64,000 bases of DNA from Sulfuricurvum sp. (GTDB lineage: Bacteria > Campylobacterota > Campylobacteria > Campylobacterales > Sulfurimonadaceae). A model generated the notes under the pieces. It searched no databases, was not told where the DNA came from, and saw only the letters and a list, made by a program, of their open reading frames with translations. A program made the translations under genes and the position numbers. Shown one piece after another: positions 10,556 to 19,300 of the stretch; the stretch's first letter is position 1, and every line of letters starts with the position of its first letter. The stretch covers positions 10,196 through 74,195 of the forward strand of contig JAYVLH010000004.1 in assembly GCA_043759555.1 (NCBI GenBank), read 5' to 3'.

Positions 10556-11602
10556 ATGCGTCTTACTCCAGAACAAGCGCTTGATTTAATTCAAAACGGT
10601 GATTTAAAAGAGCTCGGGAAAATGGCAACCGCTCGTAAGAAAGAGCTTCACCCTGATGGGATTACAACATTTGTTGTTGACCGAAACATTAATTACACGA
10701 ATGTTTGTTGGGTCGATTGTAAGTTTTGTGCTTTTTATCGCAGTCCAAAAGCCCAGGATGCGTATATCCTTACTTTTGAAGAAATTGATCAAAAAATCGA
10801 TGAACTTTTGGAAATCGGCGGTACACAGATCTTATTCCAAGGCGGCGTCCATCCGAAGCTAAAAATAGAATGGTATGAGGATTTAGTCGAACATATTCAC
10901 CTCAAATATCCGATGATTACGATTCATGGATTTTCGTCGATTGAACTGGATTATATTGCCAAAGTATCACACATCACTATCCAAGAATGTCTCGCACGCC
11001 TTCACGCAAAAGGATTGGCTTCCATCCCCGGAGCTGGTGCGGAGATTTTGAGTGACCGTGTCAGAGATATTATCGCTCCTAAAAAAATCGACAGTGAAGT
11101 ATGGTTGCACGTCCATCGTGAAGCACATAAACTGGGAATTAAATCTACCGCTACGATGATGTACGGTACAGTTGAAACGGATGAAGAAATTATCGAGCAT
11201 TGGAATTTGATTCGGAAACTGCAAGATGAAACAGGCGGATTCCGTGCATTCATTATGTGGTCGTTTCAGGGGATGAACACGCAGCTCATGGAAGAGCATC
11301 CAGAGATAGAAAAACAATCGTCCAATCGTTATTTGCGTTTATTAGCTGTATCACGTTTATTTTTAGATAATTTCGAAAATATACAAAGTTCATGGGTCAC
11401 GCAAGGACCCTATATAGGTCAAATGGCATTGCTGTATGGTGCTAATGATTTGGGCTCAACGATGATGGAAGAAAATGTAGTACGCAGTGCGGGAGCGGGT
11501 TTTCGTATGGCAAAAGAGGAAATGGTTCGCCTCATCCGTGATATTGGTGAGACACCGGCAATTCGTAATACTGCGTATGATGTACTAGAGACATTTGCGT
11601 GA
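10556..11602 (+). CDS. mqnC: Cyclic dehypoxanthine futalosine synthase (radical SAM)
   Basis: DRNINYTNVCWVDCKFCAF, PGAGAEIL, DLGSTMMEENVV. Confidence 0.93.
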   Translation: MRLTPEQALDLIQNGDLKELGKMATARKKELHPDGITTFVVDRNINYTNVCWVDCKFCAFYRSPKAQDAYILTFEEIDQKIDELLEIGGTQILFQGGVHPKLKIEWYEDLVEHIHLKYPMITIHGFSSIELDYIAKVSHITIQECLARLHAKGLASIPGAGAEILSDRVRDIIAPKKIDSEVWLHVHREAHKLGIKSTATMMYGTVETDEEIIEHWNLIRKLQDETGGFRAFIMWSFQGMNTQLMEEHPEIEKQSSNRYLRLLAVSRLFLDNFENIQSSWVTQGPYIGQMALLYGANDLGSTMMEENVVRSAGAGFRMAKEEMVRLIRDIGETPAIRNTAYDVLETFA

Positions 11603-12978
11603 AAAACATATCTTTGATACGTCAAAGGAGCAGAGCCCCTCTTGGCTACGCTAACGCTGCGTTCTCTTCAGCAGAGAGCTCACGCGCGATATATCGCGTT
11701 TTTTTGTTAACGATCTTATTTTTAGGGCATACACTTATGGCAAGCACATTGGAATTTATAGAAGTAAAAGGGGTTAAAGTCCCCTTTATTTACGAAGAAG
11801 ATAAACGTCTTCCCTTAGTCTCAATGCAGGTTATTTTTACAGGCAGCGGCAGTATCGATGAGGGTTCTAATGGAGGTTTGGCTCGTTTGAGCGCCAAAAT
11901 GATGAACGAGGGGACCTTAAAGCTTGGAGCAGTGAAATTTGCTGATGCACTCGATGCACGTGCCATTGAGCTTAGTACCAATGCGGGGAGTGAAACCTTT
12001 GTCATGGAGTTGGGAACACTCAAAGAGGAGTTTGATACGGGTCTTTCGTTGATGAGTCAGTTGATACAATCTCCTAATCTTACTAAAGAGACACTTGAAA
12101 AAGTTAAAACCCTTACCATGAGTGATATCGCTCGTAAAGAAGCAGATTTTGATACCGTGGCTTCCGATGAACTCAAGGCAATACTGTTTGAGGGAACACC
12201 AATAGCTACCCCGAATATCGGAACCAAAGAATCCATAGAAAAAATAAAGCTCAAAAATGTGGAAACATTTTTAGGGGATAAAATGGTTCTTTCGAATGTT
12301 CTAGTGGTTATTGGAGGAGATCTTAGTGTAAACGATGCTAAACAAAAAGTCTCTCAATTACTCTCATTGCTACCAAAAGGGAAGGCTGGTGCACCGCGTC
12401 ATTATGAAATACGAAAAACTCCCAAAGAGACAATTTTAACTCGTCCGCAAACACAACAAGCCTATCTTTATTTTGGGGCACCGTTTGCGATGAATGAAGG
12501 TGATCCCGAATTTTACAAAGCACGAGTAGCAATGTTTGTCTTGGGTTCGAGCGGTTTTGGAAGCCGTTTGATGGAAGAAATCCGTGTCAAACGCGGTTTG
12601 GCGTATTCTGCCTATTCGCGCTTAGGAGTAGCAAAAACGCATACCTACTTTAGCGGCTATCTCCAAACGAAACTCGAATCTCAAGAGCAAGCTAAAAAAA
12701 GTGTTGTTGAGGTCATCGATACCTTTGTAAAAGAGGGTGTCACACAAGCAGAACTCGATCAAGCCCGCAAGTTTTTATTAGGTTCTGAGCCGTTGCGTGT
12801 TGAAACCCTCTCTCAGCGTCTGGGACGAACATTTAGTGAATATTATCAAGGTCACGAGTTGGGTTATTCAGTCAAAGAATTGGAGATGATTCGAAACTTG
12901 ACTCTGGATGATTTGAATGAATTTATCAAACGTCATAATGAGATTACGCAGTTAAGCTACGCAATTGTTACAAAATAG
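11599..12978 (+). CDS. M16B (pitrilysin-family) peptidase-like protein, probably a non-catalytic subunit
   Basis: EKRLPLV, FGSRLMEEIRVKRGLAYS; HXXEH replaced by RLSAK; start uncertain. Confidence 0.85.
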   Translation: MKNISLIRQRSRAPLGYANAAFSSAESSRAIYRVFLLTILFLGHTLMASTLEFIEVKGVKVPFIYEEDKRLPLVSMQVIFTGSGSIDEGSNGGLARLSAKMMNEGTLKLGAVKFADALDARAIELSTNAGSETFVMELGTLKEEFDTGLSLMSQLIQSPNLTKETLEKVKTLTMSDIARKEADFDTVASDELKAILFEGTPIATPNIGTKESIEKIKLKNVETFLGDKMVLSNVLVVIGGDLSVNDAKQKVSQLLSLLPKGKAGAPRHYEIRKTPKETILTRPQTQQAYLYFGAPFAMNEGDPEFYKARVAMFVLGSSGFGSRLMEEIRVKRGLAYSAYSRLGVAKTHTYFSGYLQTKLESQEQAKKSVVEVIDTFVKEGVTQAELDQARKFLLGSEPLRVETLSQRLGRTFSEYYQGHELGYSVKELEMIRNLTLDDLNEFIKRHNEITQLSYAIVTK

Positions 12979-12982
12979 CGTC

Positions 12983-13043
12983 TCCGTTCGTGGTGAGCCT
13001 GTCGAACCATGAATCATCCTTTGACAGGCTCAGGGCGAACGGA
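12983..13043. repeat. Palindromic miniature repeat (second family)
   Basis: tccgttcg-tgg-tgagcctgtcgaa ... tttgacaggctca-ggg-cgaacgga long imperfect hairpin between the M16 gene and recG. Confidence 0.7.
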
Positions 13044-13052
13044 AAAAAATTA

Positions 13053-14870
13053 ATGAGTCATAAAAGTATACTTCCTGAAGACGCCGACAAATTCCACCGT
13101 CTTGGAGTGGGAAGTGTCGTCGCACTCTCGCTTATCACTCCAACGTCTTTTGAAGATCGTCGTCTAAGTACCCAGCTGCAGCATAATGGCTCATGTGTAC
13201 TCGATGCAACCGTGGAAAGTGTAATTCGCACACCTAAAACCCTCAAAATCACCTTTTTTGCCCACAATCTTGACGAGCGGATTGAAGGAATTGTTTTTCA
13301 TCCAAAACCCTATATGATTCATCAGTTTCCACTCCATACAAGAGGTTTCTTTAGTGGTAAAGCTGTCTTGGAGAGTGGACGCTGGGAGATGATTCATCCA
13401 CTCAAAATCACAAGTGTAGGCTCATTGGTTCCACTCTACAAAACACCCTTGCGGATTGATGTAATGCGCCGTCTTATCGAAAAGCACATCACGACAGAGG
13501 CTCTGATGATGGATGGTTTGCCCTCTCAGATTGCGCAAATACTTACAGAAATTCATTTCCCAAAAGTTCCAGTCTCTTTGACTGCCCAGCAGCTAAATAC
13601 ACTAAAATTTGCTGAACTTTATGATTACATGCGTCGTCTTCGGCTAAAACGTCGCTTTCATCCGACGAAGTTTAAGGCTCGTGGGGAGATAGGGGATTGG
13701 GTAAAGACACTTCCTTTTAGCCTCACAAGCGATCAAAACAAAGCGATTGATGATATCAAAAAGGATTTATCAGGGGAAAGTGCCGCTCGGCGGATGATCG
13801 TAGGTGATGTCGGATGCGGTAAAACGATGGTTATTTTGGCATCGGTGCTGATGATGCGCCCTTTTCGCTCTATTTTGATGGCACCTACGACGATACTTGC
13901 CGCACAGCTTTTCGAAGAGGCACAAAAATTTCTTCCGAATTTACGCATTGGGTTGGTGACTAATGCCACAAAAAAAGGGTCATTGGATGAATTTGATTTT
14001 CTGATCGGTACTCACGCACTGCTTCATCGCGATTTACCAAGTGCCGCTCTTGTGATGGTCGATGAACAGCATCGTTTTGGTACAGCTCAGCGCCATGCGC
14101 TCACCAAGCTCACCGAAAATGACTCATCTCCCCATTTCCTTCAATTTTCAGCAACACCAATCCCGCGAACATTAGCGATGATCGAATCAGCGCACATAGA
14201 CGTAAGCCTTATCGTCCAAACTCCATTTACCAAAAATATTGCAACCAAAATCCTCCATAAAAATGATTTCCCTTTATTGTTAGAGCATATACACCGTGAA
14301 ATAGCGCAAGAACATCAAGTATTGCTCGTCTACCCGCTCGTAGAACAAAGTGAACACATTAACTATCAAAGTATCGAAGAAGCACGAGGATTTTGGGAGA
14401 AAAAATTTCAAAATGTCTATGTCACCCACGGAAAAGATAAAGATAAAGAATCCGTATTACGAGAATTTAGAGATAAAGGCAGTATTTTACTTGCCACAAC
14501 TGTTGTTGAAGTAGGAATATCTCTTCCGCGTCTCACGACCGTAATCATTGTAGGAGCCGAGCGTTTGGGGCTATCGACCCTTCATCAGTTACGAGGACGC
14601 GTAAGCCGTACCGGATTGCAAGGGTATTGCTATCTTTACACGAACACATCGGGAAAAAATGAACGGTTGGAGTCGTTTGGCAGTTGCATGAGCGGTTTTG
14701 AGATTGCCGCACTGGATTTGAAATTTCGCTCTAGCGGTGATTTATTAGAAGGAAGTATCCAAAGCGGTAAAAAGTTCCGCTGGGCAGATATCGGCGAGGA
14801 TGAAGCAATAGTGAGAGATGTAAAAAAGTGGTTAGATGACTGTCATTCCGTGCCACGACACGGAATCTAA
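13053..14870 (+). CDS. recG: ATP-dependent DNA helicase RecG
   Basis: GDVGCGKT, DEQHRFG, SATPIPRT, LHQLRGRV. Confidence 0.95.
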   Translation: MSHKSILPEDADKFHRLGVGSVVALSLITPTSFEDRRLSTQLQHNGSCVLDATVESVIRTPKTLKITFFAHNLDERIEGIVFHPKPYMIHQFPLHTRGFFSGKAVLESGRWEMIHPLKITSVGSLVPLYKTPLRIDVMRRLIEKHITTEALMMDGLPSQIAQILTEIHFPKVPVSLTAQQLNTLKFAELYDYMRRLRLKRRFHPTKFKARGEIGDWVKTLPFSLTSDQNKAIDDIKKDLSGESAARRMIVGDVGCGKTMVILASVLMMRPFRSILMAPTTILAAQLFEEAQKFLPNLRIGLVTNATKKGSLDEFDFLIGTHALLHRDLPSAALVMVDEQHRFGTAQRHALTKLTENDSSPHFLQFSATPIPRTLAMIESAHIDVSLIVQTPFTKNIATKILHKNDFPLLLEHIHREIAQEHQVLLVYPLVEQSEHINYQSIEEARGFWEKKFQNVYVTHGKDKDKESVLREFRDKGSILLATTVVEVGISLPRLTTVIIVGAERLGLSTLHQLRGRVSRTGLQGYCYLYTNTSGKNERLESFGSCMSGFEIAALDLKFRSSGDLLEGSIQSGKKFRWADIGEDEAIVRDVKKWLDDCHSVPRHGI

Positions 14871-14912
14871 AAATACGAAGTGAGTAGATACCGTATCAAG
14901 TACGGTATGACG
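14842..14912. repeat. REP-like doublet overlapping the recG 3' end; likely doubles as terminator between recG and hpf
   Basis: gtcattccgtgccacgacacggaatcta ... tagataccgtatcaagtacggtatgacg. Confidence 0.85.
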
Positions 14913-14917
14913 AGAGC

Positions 14918-15454
14918 TTAATACAGCCCAAAGCGTCCGTCATTACGCTTAAACAGCACACGCAGTTTCCCTTCGATATCGTAAAAAACATCGAATTGCT
15001 TGCCGCTGTCTTTGAGATTTTCGAGTACTTCGCCTACTTCTTGAGGTTTGTAAAGCTCCAATTCCATAGGAACAATCTCATCTTCCATTGCAACACTAGC
15101 CGCATGTAAATCGACGCTATGCGCAGCGGCATTTTTTGCCTCATTTAACCCTTCATTCTTATGATCACTCAAACGATCATGTAAACGTCGAAGTGCTTTT
15201 TGAGCACGGTCGATTGCTATATCGATGGCTGCATAGAGATCATTATCTCTTTGTGTGATCACGATGGTGTTTTTACCGGCTACATTAATAGTAAATTCAA
15301 TCATGACCCCTTTTTTACGTTCATTCAGTGAAGCGATAGCATTAACGCTGATAATGTCGAGATTGTATTTTCCTAGAGTATCAATAGAGTGAATTAAATG
15401 ATCTTTGATCGCATCGCTAAGCTCGATGTGGCGTCCGACGAGTGAGATATTCAT
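14918..15454 (-). CDS. hpf: Ribosome hibernation promoting factor (long HPF/RaiA)
   Basis: MNISLVGRHIELSDAIK, DLYAAIDIA, C-terminal FKRNDGRFGL. Confidence 0.92.
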   Translation of the reverse strand: MNISLVGRHIELSDAIKDHLIHSIDTLGKYNLDIISVNAIASLNERKKGVMIEFTINVAGKNTIVITQRDNDLYAAIDIAIDRAQKALRRLHDRLSDHKNEGLNEAKNAAAHSVDLHAASVAMEDEIVPMELELYKPQEVGEVLENLKDSGKQFDVFYDIEGKLRVLFKRNDGRFGLY

Positions 15455-15650
15455 GGGGTACTGCCTTAGAGTAAATTTTAGAGTGAAATCAATTATAACA
15501 TAGAAAAATCAATGTTTTAGCAGGTGCAAAGAGTAATGTTTGGAAGAGACTAATTTATAATAACACATTTTAATTACTTCTTAATAATAGGTTGATTACA
15601 CTTAGGAAGATGGCGTTTATTCTTTTGTCGAAATGACTAAAAGAATGGTT

Positions 15651-15679
15651 TGAAAAATCGGTATTTTGGCCGATAATAG
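15651..15679 (+). promoter_or_regulatory. Putative sigma28 (FliA) promoter
   Basis: GCCGATAA at 15669-15676 (exact sigma28 -10 consensus) with TGAA 14 nt upstream. Confidence 0.5.
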
Positions 15680-15742
15680 CATGATAAAGTGTTTCAGATT
15701 TATAGTTCATATTTACTGAGCCCTAATTATGAAGTGCCCTAA

Positions 15743-15764
15743 AATCCCTAGGAGGATGGAATGA
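15743..15764 (+). repeat. Left copy of a 22-bp direct repeat (RBS plus start codon)
   Basis: aatccctaggaggatggaatga; 21/22 identical to 16310-16331. Confidence 0.85.
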
Positions 15765-16015
15765 GTAGAATTATTTTAGAAGTGGAAGATACGAAATTAG
15801 ATCAACTTATGAGTATTCTTGGTGCGATCAGAAGTGATATTATCACCAAATTTGAAGTAAGTCCAATTGTAGAGGATAATGATCTGAAAAATGATCCTTT
15901 GGCGCAAGAATTACAAAGACGAATCCAAGAGGTTGATGATGGTACAGTGGAGCTTATAGCACACTCAGAAGTTATGAGTAGAATATATGCAAAATGGGAA
16001 CAAAAATGTATGTAG
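15761..16015 (+). CDS. Putative antitoxin (addiction-module component)
   Basis: Small acidic protein, C-terminal ELQRRIQEVDDGTVELIAHSEV, overlaps the downstream toxin gene. Confidence 0.7.
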   Translation: MSRIILEVEDTKLDQLMSILGAIRSDIITKFEVSPIVEDNDLKNDPLAQELQRRIQEVDDGTVELIAHSEVMSRIYAKWEQKCM

Positions 16016-16293
16016 ACACATCTCCAAGATATGAAGTCGAGTTAAACAAAATACTTGACTTTATTGGTGATAGTAATCCATTGAATGCTTTGAATTTTGC
16101 AAAAAAGTTAGAAGCAAAAATTAATGATTTACCAAATTTTCCCTACAAATGCCGTCGTTCTTTACAGTTCAGCGATGAAAACGTGAGAGATTTAGTCTTT
16201 GCGGGGTATGTTATTCCTTATCGTGTGAATACCGCAAGAGATAGGATAGAGATACTCGGTATTTTTAGTGAAAATGAATGGAAAATCTTATGA
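16006..16293 (+). CDS. RelE/ParE-family type II toxin
   Basis: ILDFIGDSNPLNALNF...LPNFPYKCR...VRDLVFAGYVIPYRV...IEILGIF. Confidence 0.85.
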   Translation: MYVDTSPRYEVELNKILDFIGDSNPLNALNFAKKLEAKINDLPNFPYKCRRSLQFSDENVRDLVFAGYVIPYRVNTARDRIEILGIFSENEWKIL

Positions 16294-16309
16294 AAAATAG
16301 ACTGCAACC

Positions 16310-16331
16310 AATCCCTAGGAGGATGAAATGA
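16310..16331 (+). repeat. Right copy of the 22-bp direct repeat
   Basis: aatccctaggaggatgaaatga, includes the RBS and ATG of the adhesin gene. Confidence 0.85.
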
Positions 16332-19300
16332 AAACCTTAACCCTATCCGTCATTCCGTGCCACGACACGGAATCCATTGCCAAATTATTCCGTAGCACAA
16401 CACCCCCGTCATTCCGTGCCACGACACGGAATCCAGCTCTTAAACTTTTTTCGCGGCTATTTGCCGTTTTTGGACTGGTGATGATGTTTGCTGTTTCGGG
16501 ATGGGCATCTACCCTCTCCTATAATAACACATCTGGATCAGGAAATATAGCTTCTGTATCTAGGACTACTGGTACAACTATTCAGCTCAGTGATGGTACA
16601 GGGATGACTAGAAATGGCTATGCTCTCACTAGTTGGAATACTAGCTCTAATGGAACGGGAACTTCTTATGCTTTAGGTGCTAATTACACGTTTACTAGCT
16701 CAAACGTTACTCTTTATGCGCAGTGGAGTGTATCAGGTCCCGATATGAGTATCACCGGCAACGGAGTAATGATCAGCGACAATGACAATTCTCCAAGCTC
16801 TTCGGATAATACTGATTTTGGAAGCACAGCCATTGGTACACCTGTAACTAAAATCTTTACGATAACAAATACTGGAACAGCAACCCTTTCACTCTCAGGA
16901 AATCCTATCGTTGCAACCACAGGAGATTTTACAGTGACATCTCAGCCGTCTGTCACTTCATTAACAGCAGGTGCATCAACAATTTTTACTGTCAGCTTTA
17001 ATCCAACGGCTACAGGAACAAGAAGTGGAACGATCTCTACTGCAAACAACGTTACAGCCAAAAATCCCTATAACTTTTCGATTACAGGGACGGGGGTAGC
17101 TCCCGAAGTTCCGCCGACACTGATAGCCAATGTCCCAGATCAATTTTTGACCGTTGGTACTGCTATGACGGCGCTTGATTTTGACAATTACTTTACGGCA
17201 ACCAATGGTGATACGATTACGTATACACTCACGGGGACACTGCCAGCAGGGCTGAGTTACAGTACAAGTACCCACGCAATCAGTGGTACGCCAACGGCTG
17301 TCACCGCAACAAGAACCTTTACGATCAAGGCAACTGATAATGATGGTTTTACCTCAGATAGTTTTACAATCACAGTGATGCAAAATATAAACTTTACGAA
17401 TGCAAATCCTCGTAATTTTACTAAAGTAAATACCTTTAATGATAATGGCGATATCTCAATTGTTGGTAATTCAATCGAGATTGATGCGTCAGGTGGATGT
17501 CCGGATCCTGCTACAAGCAATAATGGGATAAATACCATGTTTGCTGATGTTGATAGTGATCCATCGACGTTTAATTCAACAACAGCAGACCTTGTTCTTC
17601 CGGCAGGGGTGTCGACAGCGAATGATATTTTATGGGCAGGATTGTATTGGCAAGGATATTACGAAGGGACAACGAATCTAATAAAATCAAATGCCCAAAC
17701 CGCTTTATTAAAAACTCCAGCAATGACAAACTATACACCAATTGTAAGTGATAATACAAAATTCAATTGGGTCTATTTTGATAATACTAAAACACGATGG
17801 TATTATCAAGGAATGCAGGATGTTACAAATTATGTAAAACAATCGCTTGGAGGAACCTATACGGTTGCGAATATTTATAGCCAAATAGGACAACCCAACG
17901 GTGGAGCTTTCGGTGCTTGGTCTCTAGTCGTGTTTTATCATGATTCGAGTGCGACATTGAAAAATCTTACTGCCTTTGACGGGTATATTGGAATTTCATC
18001 TTCAGATACCGGACGTACGGGTGTTGATGCTAATACAACCGTTCCATTAAGCGGATTTTTGACGCCATCATCTGGGTCGATTAACTCGAAATTTTTGTTA
18101 TTTGCTGGTGAAGGGGATATAGGGATTGTGGGTGATTCTGCAAGCCTTTCCAATACTGTGGGTGACACAAGTTTGACAAACACATTGAATCCAAATAGCA
18201 ATATTTTTAATGCATCAGAAACGGTTGGAACGACAGGAAGCTCAGCAAATTATGTGACAACTAGAAATCCAAGCTGTCAAAATACGATTGGGGTAGATAT
18301 TGATACTTTCAATGTTGGAACAACCGGTCAAAATATTATTAAGACAAATCAAACATCGACCAATGTGAAGCTTATCAGTAGTGGCGATGGATTTTTCCCA
18401 GGTGTGTTTGCCTTTTCAACCGATATCTACCAGCCCTTTATTTCAATACGCAAAACAACCAACAGCAGTGGCTCGTTGACGCCGAATCAAGCAATAACCT
18501 ATAGTGCTGATATTAATAATAGTGGAAATGAAGGAGCGAGCAACATTGTTATCTTTGATAATTTTGATGACAATAATCTCTCAACGACAGCTGGAAATAT
18601 CACAAATCCTTTGGTAACACTGGGTAGTTTACTGGATCATAATACGACTAAGATGTGGAATTCGATTGTCTGTAAGTACGGTCCTTCAAATAGCGATTGT
18701 AAAAATACATGTACTGTTACGGATAATCCTTTTAAGCTTTCGTGCCCGATTCCCTTGCTGGCTGTAGGACAAACTGCATCTATCCAATTCACAGCTACTC
18801 TGGCAGCACATCCCGATACAAAAGGGCAAAGTGTCGAAGTTGAAAATAAAATGTTTGCGAGTTATTATAATGCACTGACGGGAGCATCAGTGGGTCAATC
18901 ATCCTCCAATCCTGCTAATGCAGGTCAGTATTTATATTCATTGGCTCCTCTTGGCGGTGTTGATGTTATCGATCCGGATCAGCTTGCTTCGTATTCCAGT
19001 GGATCCGTTATCAAGACCAAAGTGGCGAATAAAGATAATATACAGCTGACAGCGGTCTATTTGGGATCAGGAACAACACCGACCAATTATACGGGAAGTA
19101 AATCCATGCCTATTATGATGAAGCTGTCCGATGGAACATGTTCGACAGAAGAAAATCTCGCAACGTCCGGTTTTGTCTCTGTAGAAATGCCTGTTGGCGG
19201 TTCTTCTGTGACATCAAGTGCATTTACAATGACTCCGGTAGCACGCAGAGATGCCCGTATTCGGCTCTATTTTATCGACTGGAGTAACCTTCCGGGGGGT

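Noticed and set aside
16347-16435. Two identical 30-bp repeats with a 29-bp spacer, resembling a minimal CRISPR array
   Set aside because: The same unit is dispersed as REP doublets elsewhere, the spacer holds a degenerate copy, it lies in an ORF, and no cas genes are present
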